A DNA stretch of 64,000 bases from the human T2T-CHM13v2.0 reference genome, Homo sapiens: assembly GCF_009914755.1 (NCBI RefSeq), contig NC_060927.1; one strand, given 5' to 3'. Shown one piece after another: positions 42,048 to 64,000 of this stretch (positions are counted from its first letter, which is position 1; each line of letters begins with the position of its first letter). A program made the translations under genes and the position numbers. The notes beneath the pieces were generated by a model, which searched no databases, had not been told where the DNA came from, and was given only the letters and a program-made list of their open reading frames with translations.

Positions 42048-42214
42048 GAAGGGGCGTTACTTTCACCATCAATTGCTCAGGGTTTGGCCAGCACGGGGCG
42101 GATCCCACTGCTCTGAATTCAGTGTTTAATAGAAAGCCCTTCCGTCCGGTCACCAACATCAGCGTCCCCACCCAAGTCAACATCTCCTTCACGATGTCTG
42201 CCATCCTAGATGTG
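42048..42214 (+). CDS. HTR3E: HTR3E exon 2
   Basis: Acceptor actacag|; [55 protein letters not shown]; donor GTGAGT; 167 nt. Confidence 0.95.
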
Positions 42215-42440
42215 GTGAGTGCTGACCTCTCTAGCCCTCCTTGGTGTCCTTAACCTTTTTCCAGCCCCTGGCAAAGTGGCCCCCCAAAGCCCTTATCCAC
42301 ATTTCTGCTTCCTCCACCACTGCTGGATGGCATTTGCCTGGCATGGGGATCTCAAAGAAGCTCTGTCCAGGGCAGCAGGGTGAGGTATAACAGCACATGG
42401 AAGAGAATCTTTTCTTCTCTCTCTGGCTGTATACCAGTGA

Positions 42441-42780
<340 letters not shown>

Positions 42781-43047
42781 TGAGCCACCGCGCCCGGCCA
42801 CATCGATATTTTTAAGCTTCTCGAGTTATTCTCATATACAGCGAGGGTTGAGAAGGACTACTTTACTCCCGCCCTGCTGTGAACTCTCCTGTCCGTAGCC
42901 TAACACATGGGTTTGGATAGAGCTTTTGTCCTGGATCACATATCCCCTTTATATACCTTGGGAGTTGGTAAACAAGCATGGGAAGTGGGGGAGATGGAAC
43001 AGACTTCTTACTGGCAACATGATGGAAATAGGAAATTCTTTTGGCAG

Positions 43048-43092
43048 AATGAACAGCTGCACCTCTTGTCATCATTCCTGTGGCTGGAAATG
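43048..43092 (+). CDS. HTR3E: HTR3E exon 3
   Basis: Acceptor ttggcag|; NEQLHLLSSFLWLEM; donor GTATGG; 45 nt. Confidence 0.93.
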
Positions 43093-43263
43093 GTATGGAC
43101 AACACTTTATTCTCTCCCTACAGTTACAGTCAAAAAGGATTTTAAACGAAGATATAATAATTATGAATTTTTATGTCCCTAACATTGGTTTGAAACACAT
43201 GAAGGAGAAATTGAAAAATCGACCATAATGGTGAGGGGCTTTAATACACTGCTTTCAAAATCA

Positions 43264-43545
<282 letters not shown>

Positions 43546-43725
43546 CTATCTCAAAAACAAAACAAAACAAAACAAAAATCTAGTAGAAAAGGAGTAAATA
43601 TATAGTGATTTTCACAGCACAATTAAGAAGCTTAGTCTAATAAACATGTCAAACTTTGTATCAATGACCATACATAATTTTTTGTCACACACATAGAGTA
43701 TTCTCAAAAACTGACCACATTTTTA

Positions 43726-44019
<294 letters not shown>

Positions 44020-44021
44020 CT

Positions 44022-44465
<444 letters not shown>

Positions 44466-45003
44466 CTACGGAGTGAGACTGCATCTCAAAAAAAAAAAAG
44501 AAAAGAAAACCTTGTTTCTTGGGAATTTAAAATTAAACTTCTAAATATTTGAGGCAAAGGAGAAAATAAAGCAATTAAGTAGAAATTACGAAGTAATTAG
44601 AAATGAAAATTATACATATGAAAATCTATGGAATGTAGTCAAAGCATAACCCAGTGGAAAATTTATATCTTAATTGCATTGATAAGAAAACAAGGTGTGT
44701 GGGAGGATGGGGGGAAATAAAAGCAAATGAATTGAGTTTCCAACTTGAAAAGCCTGCTTGATGGCTGGGCTTGGTGGTTCACACCTATAATCCCAGCTCT
44801 TTGGGAGGCCTAGGCAGGTGGATCACTTGAGGTCAGGAGTTCGAGACCAGCCTGGCCAACATGATGAAACTCCATCTCTACCAAAATATAAAAAAATCAG
44901 CCGGGTGGTGGCCGGGCGCGGTGGCTCACGCCTGTAATCCCAGCACTTTGGAAGGCCGAGGCGGGTGGATCATGAGGTCAGGAGATCAAGACCATCCTGG
45001 CTA

Positions 45004-45510
<507 letters not shown>

Positions 45511-45742
45511 TTATGAAGAATGGTCCCAGGCAGGTTCGATTTTATCTATAATTCTCATTTCTTGAAAAAAAAGCAAGTAAATTTAATAAAATATTAATGC
45601 CACAAAGTTGGGTTGTAAATACATAGATGTTTGTCACAGCATTTTATATATTTTTCTATATGCTTGAAGTATTTCATAACTTTTTTTTTTAAAGAAGAAA
45701 TTAAAAGGCAGGAGACTCACCTCTCCTCCACCTGGGCTCTAG

Positions 45743-45852
45743 GTTTGGGATAACCCATTTATCAGCTGGAACCCAGAGGAATGTGAGGGCATCACGAAGA
45801 TGAGTATGGCAGCCAAGAACCTGTGGCTCCCAGACATTTTCATCATTGAACT
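45743..45852 (+). CDS. HTR3E: HTR3E exon 4 (WLPDIF motif)
   Basis: Acceptor ctctag|; [36 protein letters not shown]; donor GTGCGT; 110 nt. Confidence 0.95.
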
Positions 45853-46342
45853 GTGCGTATCAAGGGCTGGTCAGAGGGAAGTCCCATCTCCTGGTAGCCA
45901 CAGAGATCACAGTTTACCATTGGGGCCACTGTAAGTGGTCTTTAGATGGCTAAGAAACAACCAGAGAGATAAGAAGAGAAACTGAGCCAGGCGCAGTGGC
46001 TAATGCCTGTAATCCCAGCACTTTGGGAGGCCAAGGTGGGTGGATCACTTCAGTTCAGGAGTTTGAGACCAGCCTGGGCAACATGGTGAAACCTCATCTC
46101 TTAAAAAAAAAAAAAAAAAAAAATTAGCCAGGCCTGGGGGTGCGCCTGTAGTCCCAGCTACTTGGGAGGCTGAGGCTGAGACAGGAGGATCATTTGAGCC
46201 CAGGACATGGAAGTTGCAGTGAGCTGAGAGCATGCCACTCTACTCCAGCCTGGGTGACAGAGCAAGATCCTGTCTCAAAAAAAAAAAAAAAAAAGAGAGA
46301 GAGAAACTGCAGCACCTGCCTCTTGCGTTATCTCTCCTCCAG

Positions 46343-46512
46343 CATGGATGTGGATAAGACCCCAAAAGGCCTCACAGCATATGTAAGTAATGAAGGTCGC
46401 ATCAGGTATAAGAAACCCATGAAGGTGGACAGTATCTGTAACCTGGACATCTTCTACTTCCCCTTCGACCAGCAGAACTGCACACTCACCTTCAGCTCAT
46501 TCCTCTACACAG
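46343..46512 (+). CDS. HTR3E: HTR3E exon 5 (Cys-loop)
   Basis: MDVDKTPKG...[15 protein letters not shown] (C-x13-C) [10 protein letters not shown]; donor GTAAGT; 170 nt. Confidence 0.96.
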
Positions 46513-46822
46513 GTAAGTTGCAGTGAGGTCTCAGGGATGGGGTGAATGAGAGCAACCAACAAATATAAAGAAACTATGAGTAAATGGTGACCAAGGAGTA
46601 TGGGTGGGGAGAAGAATAAGGCTCTATGGATGCTAAAATATTTTCCATAAAGGCAGAACCCAAGTCTGTCTTGTTCCTTACCATCCCAAGCTCCTGGCAA
46701 GTTTCCTGGCATGTGGGAGGCACTCAAAAATATTTGTTGAAAGAAAGGATGGAAAAAGAGTGCAGTTGAGCCACCAGGAAACTATCTCCTTGAAAAATGA
46801 TTCAGATGGTTCTCATTTTCAG

Positions 46823-46983
46823 TGGACAGCATGTTGCTGGACATGGAGAAAGAAGTGTGGGAAATAACAGACGCATCCCGGAACATCCTTCAGACCCATG
46901 GAGAATGGGAGCTCCTGGGCCTCAGCAAGGCCACCGCAAAGTTGTCCAGGGGAGGCAACCTGTATGATCAGATCGTGTTCTAT
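46823..46983 (+). CDS. HTR3E: HTR3E exon 6
   Basis: [53 protein letters not shown]; donor GTGAGC; 161 nt. Confidence 0.95.
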
Positions 46984-47320
46984 GTGAGCTTGGAGGCTCT
47001 TACTCTTTCCTTCCTCCCGCACTTTTACCCTTGCCTAGAATGTCCATCAAATATGTATCTCCCAAGTTTCAGGGTCTCCCAATGTTACCCTCTCTCCTGG
47101 CTTCCCAGCCTCATTCTTCATCCTAAAGCTCAGGGCTCTGGCCTAACTGTCTCTTTGCAGGTTCTATACCAGATTCTAAAGCTGCATTCCCCACAGCTCC
47201 AGATCCCAGGGTGATATCAGGCCAAAGAAAAAGGCAGAGACAGAAATTGTCACTGCTATTCCTGGATTTGAGGGTTCCTCTGACCCCATAACTACTTACC
47301 ACCCTCTCCTACCCCACCAG

Positions 47321-47525
47321 GTGGCCATCAGGCGCAGGCCCAGCCTCTATGTCATAAACCTTCTCGTGCCCAGTGGCTTTCTGGTTGCCATCGATGCCCT
47401 CAGCTTCTACCTGCCAGTGAAAAGTGGGAATCGTGTCCCATTCAAGATAACGCTCCTGCTGGGCTACAACGTCTTCCTGCTCATGATGAGTGACTTGCTC
47501 CCCACCAGTGGCACCCCCCTCATCG
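47321..47525 (+). CDS. HTR3E: HTR3E exon 7 (TM1-TM2)
   Basis: [68 protein letters not shown]; 205 nt. Confidence 0.95.
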
Positions 47526-47687
47526 GTATGGCTCCTCCCACCTTTTGGAAGAGAAGGGTGGGAACTAACTCAGGAAGGGAGGTATTTTGGAAAAAGGAGG
47601 CCGTATGCCTGCCAGGGTGGGATTGGAAGAGAAGAAAGAAATTCTAGGTGGTGCCTCTGGCCCTCACTAGGCCCCCCTTCCCTCCAG

Positions 47688-47903
47688 GTGTCTACTTCGC
47701 CCTGTGCCTGTCCCTGATGGTGGGCAGCCTGCTGGAGACCATCTTCATCACCCACCTGCTGCACGTGGCCACCACCCAGCCCCCACCCCTGCCTCGGTGG
47801 CTCCACTCCCTGCTGCTCCACTGCAACAGCCCGGGGAGATGCTGTCCCACTGCGCCCCAGAAGGAAAATAAGGGCCCGGGTCTCACCCCCACCCACCTGC
47901 CCG
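47688..47903 (+). CDS. HTR3E: HTR3E exon 8 (TM3)
   Basis: [26 protein letters not shown]...THLP; donor GTGAGG; 216 nt. Confidence 0.95.
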
Positions 47904-48023
47904 GTGAGGGAAGTCACATTCCTCTTCCCCCACCTCCACTTCTCTGCTCCTGCCTCCTTCCCTGTCTCCCTCCCTCCACAGGTGACATTTGCAGCCCATG
48001 GCTGAGTCTCTGTCTTTCTGTAG

Positions 48024-48253
48024 GTGTGAAGGAGCCAGAGGTATCAGCAGGGCAGATGCCGGGCCCTGCGGAGGCAGAGCTGACAGGGGGCTCAGAATGG
48101 ACAAGGGCCCAGCGGGAACACGAGGCCCAGAAGCAGCACTCAGTGGAGCTGTGGTTGCAGTTCAGCCACGCGATGGACGCCATGCTCTTCCGCCTCTACC
48201 TGCTCTTCATGGCCTCCTCTATCATCACCGTCATATGCCTCTGGAACACCTAG
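48024..48253 (+). CDS. HTR3E: HTR3E exon 9 coding part (TM4, stop)
   Basis: [13 protein letters not shown]...[25 protein letters not shown] at 48251-48253. Confidence 0.95.
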
Positions 48254-48325
48254 GCAGGTGCTCACCTGCCAACTTCAGTCTGGAGCTTCTCTTGCCTCCA
48301 GGGACTGGCCAGGTCTCCCCCCTTT

Positions 48326-48333
48326 CCTGAGTA
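48326..48333 (+). promoter_or_regulatory. miR-510-5p 8-mer seed site in HTR3E 3'UTR
   Basis: CCTGAGTA is complementary to the recalled miR-510-5p 5' end UACUCAGG; its G at 48329 is position *76. Confidence 0.75.
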
Positions 48334-48535
48334 CCAACTATCATATCCCCAAAGATGACTGAGTCTCTGCTGTATTCCATGTATCCCAATCCGGTCCTGC
48401 TGATCAATTCCAATCCCAGACATTTCTCCCTGTTCCTGCATTTTGTTGGCTTCCTTCAGTCCTACCATATGGTTCTAGGTCCCTCTTACGTCATCTGCAT
48501 AGCAGACTATACCTCTTCTGTCCGCTGACTTGCCC

Positions 48536-48541
48536 AATAAA
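48536..48541 (+). terminator. Probable HTR3E polyadenylation signal
   Basis: AATAAA ~280 nt after the stop, same layout as HTR3C. Confidence 0.75.
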
Positions 48542-48662
48542 TAATTCTGCAGAGATTTCTGGCTCTTTGTCAGGTCGTAGGGTAGAAACTTAACTAACCA
48601 CCCGGGTGCAGTGGTTCACGCCTATAATCCCAGCACTTTGGGAGGCCAAGGCAGGTGGATCA

Positions 48663-48881
<219 letters not shown>

Positions 48882-48912
48882 TCAAAATAAATAAATAAAT
48901 AAATAAATATTA

Positions 48913-49059
<147 letters not shown>

Positions 49060-49252
49060 TTAGTCTCAAAAAAAGTAAAAATAAAAATAAATAAATAAAT
49101 ACAAGAAACTTGGCTGGGCAGCAGTGGCGCATGCCTGTAATCTCAGCACTTTGGGAGGCCGAGGCGGGTGGATCACTTGAGGTCAGGAGCTGGGGACCAG
49201 CCTGGCCAACATGGTGAAACCTTGTTTCTACCAAAAATACAAAAATTAGTCA

Positions 49253-49797
<545 letters not shown>

Positions 49798-51244
49798 TCA
49801 TCAGGAACGATCCTCTCTCCCAAGACTGAAGTGACAACTGTTGGGTTTGAGAAGTTTTAATTCTCTTAGGTGTTTTCAGAAATATTTTCTTACTAGTAGA
49901 TTCTTTTATCTTTTCCATTATCTTGTACTGATCTCATTTTAGCACTCTCCTAATTTATTATGTTTCATGTTATTCTTTTTCTGGTTTTCCAAGTTGAATT
50001 CTCCATTAAAGTGTTCTCAGTCTTTCTATTGATTTTACTCTGAACAGCTTAAGCTGTATCCCATAGGTTTTAGAATAAGGTGATCTCCTCTTCATTACTT
50101 TGTAGACAATTCATAATTTGTTTTAATTCTCTCTGATATAAAGGCTATTTGGGGCCAGATGCAATGGCTTATGCCTATAATCCCAATAGCTTGGGAGGCT
50201 GAGGTGGGAGGATTGTGTGAGCTCAGGAGTTCAAGACCAGCCTGGGCAACATAGCGAGACCCCATCTCTACGAAAAAAAAAAAATTAGCCAGGCATGTAT
50301 GGCACACATCTGCAGTCCCACTGTGCAGGAGGCTGCAGTGGGAGGATTGCTTGAGTCCAGGAGATCAAGGCTACAGTGAGTTCTGATTGTTGCACTGCAC
50401 TCCAGCCTAAGCGACAAAGCAAGGCCCTGTCTCAAAAAAAATAAAAATAGAAATAAAGGCTATTTGGGAGAATGTGTCTTCATATCTATGGATAAGGGAT
50501 TTTTGTTATTGTTATCCTTTCATTGTTAATTTCTAGTTTCTTGGTTTATGATCAGAGAGCATGGTGTATAAATTTAAACCTTTTTGGATTTATAAAGCTT
50601 TCTTGGCCAGGCGCAGTGGCTCATGCCTGTAATCCCAGCACTTTGGGAGGCCAAGGCGTGTGGATCACGAGATCAGGAGTTCGAGATCAGCCAGGCCAAT
50701 ACGGTGAAACCCCGTCTCTACTAAAAATACAAAAATTAGCTGGGCGTGGTGGCGCATGCCTGTAGTCCCAGCTACTCAGGAGGCTGAGGCAGAAGAATCA
50801 CTTGAACCCAGGAGGTGGAGGTTGCAGTCAGCCAAGATCACACCACTGTACTCCAGCCTGGAAGACAGAGGGAGACTCTGTCCCAAAAAAAAAAAAAAAA
50901 AAGCTTTTTCTCTGGCTGAATGCATGATTGGTTCTGTAACAAGCTTTGTTTCAGGACATTTAAAAAGTATATATTTGTGTTCTTAGGTGTTCTGTCTTTT
51001 TTTTAAAAAAAGTATATATTCTCTCTATAGGCATCTACTAAATAGAGCTTATTTATTACATTATTCAAATCCTCTATATCATAGCTTATTTTTGTCTGTG
51101 TGGTCTGTTAAAGTTCGAAAGTATTTTATCCATGTTCTCTGGGTACTTGTAGTTTTCCTTTTATATGCTTGACAGCTATGTGATTTGATGCATAAAAATG
51201 TATGGTTATTATATCTTCTTGAATTGTGCCTGATTTTATCCTCA

Positions 51245-52265
<1,021 letters not shown>

Positions 52266-52385
52266 GACGCTTGAATTTCACTAGGTTATGTCAAATGTGT
52301 GTTTTCACTAATCCTTTCTGTGTCTCAGTGACCTTTTTCAATGTGAATATTTAAATCTTTCTTCTGTTTGGGGAATTTTTTCTAG

Positions 52386-52688
<303 letters not shown>

Positions 52689-52933
52689 TGATCTACCCGC
52701 CTCGGCCTCCCAAAGTGCTGGGATTACAGACATGAGCCACCGTACCCAGCGCTGTTCAGGCATTTGTGCTATTCACAAGTTAGGTCCTATGGATCTGTTT
52801 TCTAAACTGTCTTTTTCTCTTCCAGCTTCCATTTTTTGTGGCTTGGCTTTGTGTTGTGACCAATCTTTCAGACAACAATTCAGTTTTCAGGAGTGACCAT
52901 TTCTATTCTCAGCTCATCTACTGAATGTTTTAA

Positions 52934-53271
<338 letters not shown>

Positions 53272-53735
53272 TAAGTGTTCTAATCACATGTCCTAGAAAT
53301 TATCTTCTCTCCTTTCTTAATCCTACTTCAGAAGGAGCCCTTGTCCTCAATATTCATATTGGTCATTGACATGGTTTATTTATTTTATTTTATTTTATTT
53401 TATTTTATTTTATTTTATTTTATTTATTGAGATGCAGTCTTGCTCTGTCTCTCAGGCTGGAGTGTAGTGGCATGATCTCGGCTCACTGCAACCCAGTGAG
53501 GTTCAAAAAATTCAAAAGATTCTCCCAGGTTCAAAAGATTCTCCTGCCTCAGCCAACCAAGTAGCTGGGATTACAGGCGCCTGCCAACGTGCTTGGCTAA
53601 TTTTTGTATTTTTAGTAGAGAAGGGGTTTCACCATGTTAGCCAGGCTGGTCTCGAACTCTTGACCTCTCAGGTGATCCGCCCATCTCAACCTCCCTAAGT
53701 GCTGGGATTACAGGTGTGAGCTACTGTGCCCGGCC

Positions 53736-54284
<549 letters not shown>

Positions 54285-55356
54285 TGATGAAACACTGTCA
54301 TTCTGCTGAAGCACATGGAGGGCATGCCTCAATTCCCAGGTCAATCCAGGAACAAGTAGCAATCCTCTCCCATGTGCAGAGAATGGAAATAATTGAACGT
54401 ATTCATTCAATTTCCCCTGCCTTCCAACATGAACCAGTCAGGCTGTCCAATGACCACAGCAGCAAACAGTTAGAGGCAGCTCTTCCCCAAGTTCACAGGT
54501 TTCTATTTGAAGTCTATCTGCTGGACTCCTTCGGAGGACTGTAAAGCTCTGATCTTTACACAAGCCTCAAAGAGAGACAAGCTTTTTCCTCAATACTGGT
54601 CCATATCATTCAATTGGAACCCAAAGAGAGGAAACAAAGGCACAGACCTGACCATCATTCTTCTTTCCACTCTCTTACCTCTTTTCACTCCTTTATTTTC
54701 CCCAAACCCCCTACAATGTCAGGGGTGAGATTTTCCCCTGCATCATATCATCATTCTTCCTGACTCTAGTTTCTTGACTAAATGGTAGACAAAGTTGTCT
54801 TCTAGATTATGGGGAAAACTCATAATTTGACCAACTAGGTCAAATTATGCTTGGTATGCTTAAGAGAGATCTAAAAGTATATAGAAATTCCTTTCACTCT
54901 CAAACTATTATCTTGCTGAATAATCACAGTTTTAATATGAGCCATTAAATGTTACCTTTTTCAAAACATGGGTTTTTTCATTTTTCATAAATTACAAGTT
55001 TAGAGAGAGAGAGAAGGAATCTCTCAATTAAAAAAATTAAGGTGCATAACTTCACACTAGTCATGATAAAATGTTAAATAAACTTAAGTTGATTCTAATA
55101 ATTTGAAACAGCTTCCCATAGGCATTGACAGCTTCACTGGTAAATTTTATCAAATACTTAAAGAAGAATTAATACCAATTCTACACGGTCTCTTTCAGAA
55201 ATTAAAAGAAGAGGAAACATTTTGCAACTCATTCTATGAGGCCAGTATTATTATCCAGATACTGAAACCAGACAAAGATGTTATATTTAAAAACAAAAAA
55301 ACTACAGACCAATATCTCATATGAATATAGACGTAAAAATCCTCAACAAAATACTA

Positions 55357-55641
<285 letters not shown>

Positions 55642-56859
55642 TCAAAAAAAAAAAAAAAAAAATACTAGCAAACTGAATCCAGCAACATATAAAAAGGATT
55701 ATATGCAATGAACAAGTGGAACTCATCCCAAGAATACAAGATTGGTATAATATCAGAAAATCAATTAATGTAATACACTATATTAAGAGAACAAAACCCA
55801 CATGATCATTTTAATAGCTGCAGAAAAAGCATTTGACAAAATCCAAAACCTTTTATGATTAAAAAATAACACTCAACAAACTAAAAATAAAAATAACTTC
55901 CTCAATCTGTTAAAGGGCATCTATGAAAAATCTACAGCTAACATCATACCAAATGGCAAAAAATTGAATCTTTTCCCCCTAAAAGTGGGAACAACACAAG
56001 AATATTTATTCTCTCCACCTCTATACAACATTGTACTTAACATTATTCAGGGCAGGCCGGGTGCGGTGGCTCATGTCTCCCAGAACTTTGGGAGGCCAAG
56101 GTGGGTGGATCACTTGAAGTTAGGAAGTGGAGAACAGCCTGGCCAACATGGTGAAACCCCATCTCTACTAAAAATACAAAAATTAGCCAAGCATGGTGAT
56201 GGGCACCTGTAATCCCAGCTATTTGGGAGACTGAGGCGGAAGAATCGCTTTAACACAGAAAGTGGAGGTTGCGGTGAGCCAAGATCTCACCACTGCACTC
56301 CAGCCTGGGCGACAGAGCGAACAGTCTAAAAGAAAAAAAGAAAAATAAATAAAAAGGCATCCAGATTGAAAGGAAAAAGTAAAGCAATCTCTGTTTGCAG
56401 ATGATATGATCCTGTAAATAGAAAATCCCAAGGAATTCACTAACAATCTACCAGAACTAATAAATGAGTTCAGCAAGGTTACAGGACACAAGATCAACAT
56501 ACCAAAAGTATTGTATTTATATATACTAGCAATAAACATTCTGAAAATAAAATTAAGAATCATTTTTAAAAAAATAAGGCATTTAGGGATAAACTTCACA
56601 AAAGAAGTGCAACACTTGTATACTGAAAACTAAAAAACACTGTTGAAAAAAATTAAAGAAGATCTAAATAAATGGAAAGATAAGATATACCATGTTTAAG
56701 ATTTGGAAAGCTTAAATCCTCTGAAGATGCCATTACTCCCCAAATTGATCTACAGATTCAATGCAATCTGTATCAGAATCTTGGCTGTCTTTTTTTTTTT
56801 TTTTTTTTTGCAGAAATTGACAAGCTGATTCTAAAATTCGTATAGAAATTCAAGAGGCC

Positions 56860-60820
<3,961 letters not shown>

Positions 60821-60900
60821 GCAGAAATGCAACAGGCCCAGAATAATCAAAACAATCCTGGAGCAGAACACAGTTGGTAGACTCACACTTCCTCATTTCA

Positions 60901-61206
<306 letters not shown>

Positions 61207-61728
61207 TTACTACAAAGATATTGTAATCAAGATAGTGTGATACTGGCATAAGGAAAGACATATAGGTCAACGAAATTCGAATGGAGAGTTCATAAATAAA
61301 CCCTAACATTTACGGTCAATTTATTTTCTACAAAGGGAACAAAATAATTCAATGATAAAAAGAATAGTTTTTTTCAGCAAATGGTGCTTAGACAACTGGA
61401 TATCCACATGCAAAAGAATGTCTTTGGACCCCTACCCCTCACACCATACACAAAAATCAACTCAAAATGGATCACAGTCCTAAACATAGGAGCTAAATGT
61501 TTTCTTAGAAGAAAACATAGCAGTTAATCTTCACGATCTTGGGGTGGGCTATGATTTCTTATATATGACTATTATAAGCACAAACGATAAAAAAGAAAGA
61601 TAGATAAGCCTGGGCGCGGTAGCTCATGCCTATAATCCAAGCACTTTGGGAGGTCTAGGCAGGCGGATCACCTGAGGTCAGGAGTTTGAGGCCAGCCTGA
61701 CCAACATGGAGAAACCCTGTCTCTACTA

Positions 61729-62055
<327 letters not shown>

Positions 62056-62505
62056 TTAAAACTATCATGCTTTAAATAAACCATCAAGAAAGTGAAAAAA
62101 GAACCCACAGGCTGGGAGACAATATTTGAAGGTCATATATCTGATACAGGATATGTACCCTGAATACATAAAGAGCTCTTACACCTGAACAATAAATAAA
62201 CAAATAATCAACTAAAAAGAGCAAAGAATTTGAATAGTCATTTCTCCAAAGAAGATACACAAATGGCCAGTAAGCACATGAAGGCCGGGTACAGTGGCTC
62301 ATGCCTGTAATCCAGCTCTTTGAGAGGCTGAGGTGGGCTAATTACATGAGGTCGGGAATTCGAGACCAGCCTGGCCAAAAAACCCCATCCCTATTTAAGA
62401 AAAGAAAAAAAAAAAAAAACAGCAGGCCAGGTTGGGTGGCCCACGCTATGGGAGGCCAAGATGGGTGGATCACCTGAGGTCAAGAGTTCGAGATCAGCCT
62501 GATCA

Positions 62506-62965
<460 letters not shown>

Positions 62966-63374
62966 TAATTTTGCATTTTTTAGTAGAGATGGGGTTTCTC
63001 CATGTTGGTCTTGCTGGTCTCGAACTCCTGACCTCAGGTGATCCGCCCGCCTCGGCCTCCCAAACTGCTGGGATTACAGACGTGAGGCACCGTGCCCAGT
63101 CAAGGATGGATATGTCTAAAAAAAAAAAAAAGATAGATAATAACAAGTGTGGATAATAACAAGTTGGAAATCAAAATGGTGTAGACACTTTAGAAAATAG
63201 TTTGGCAGTTTTTCAGAATGTTAGACATAGAATTACCATATGACCAAAAAATCCACCCCAAAGTGTATGTTCAGAATATATGAAAACAAATGCTTATACG
63301 AAGACTTTTTTGGCCAGGCGTAGTGTCTCACGCCTGTAATCCCAGAACTTTGGGCGGCTGAGGCAGGTGGATCA

Positions 63375-63732
<358 letters not shown>

Positions 63733-64000
63733 TTATTTGGTCATGCAAAGGAATGAAGTACTGATAACATCACAAACGGCTAAACCTTAAAACCATTATG
63801 CTAAATGAAAGACAAACATACACAAAAAATTGTACGGCCAGATGCAGTGGCTTATGCCTGTAATCCCAACCATTTGGGAGGTTGAGGCGGGCAGATCACC
63901 TGAGGCAGGAATTCAAGACCAGCCTGACCAACATGGTGAAACCCCGTCTCTACTAAAAATACAAAAATTAGCTGGGCGTGGTGGCAGGCACCTGTAATCC

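Noticed and set aside
46313-46342. In-frame alternative acceptor 30 nt upstream of HTR3E exon 5
   Set aside because: Preceded by the purine-rich Alu tail with no polypyrimidine tract
47648-47687. Upstream AG before HTR3E exon 8 at the start of the 201-aa ORF
   Set aside because: A 40-nt extension would frameshift relative to exon 7 and the AG lacks a pyrimidine tract

Overview
Human (primate) genomic DNA, recognisable from its translated exons as the chr3q27 serotonin 5-HT3 receptor cluster. On the + strand, in order: the last four coding exons of HTR3C (1-1917); a degraded unprocessed HTR3C-like paralogue (HTR3C2P, ~18342-25795) with frameshifts, stops, no detectable Cys-loop exon, an Alu monomer inside exon 7 and a TM4 deletion; the complete 9-exon HTR3E gene (39094-48253; exon lengths sum to 1371 nt = 456 aa + stop); and a processed HSP90-alpha pseudogene (HSP90AA5P, ~56860-60820) inserted in an old L1. 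The rest is dense Alu/L1/LTR/DNA-transposon sequence, and almost all ORFs in the supplied track are Alu-derived artefacts. I see no new multi-gene biological system. The most unusual structures are: a retrocopy of a spliced L1-5'UTR chimeric transcript (27388-27823); a probable HTR3C/pseudogene gene-conversion tract; an HTR3E alternative start codon lying in a MIR 3' tail; a 57-nt inverted copy of a nearby L1 segment in HTR3E intron 1; an orphan mRNA-like 3' end in an Alu tail; and a young AluYb8. Gene names and repeat subfamilies come from recalled sequences, not database searches; exon numbers follow the HTR3E structure.
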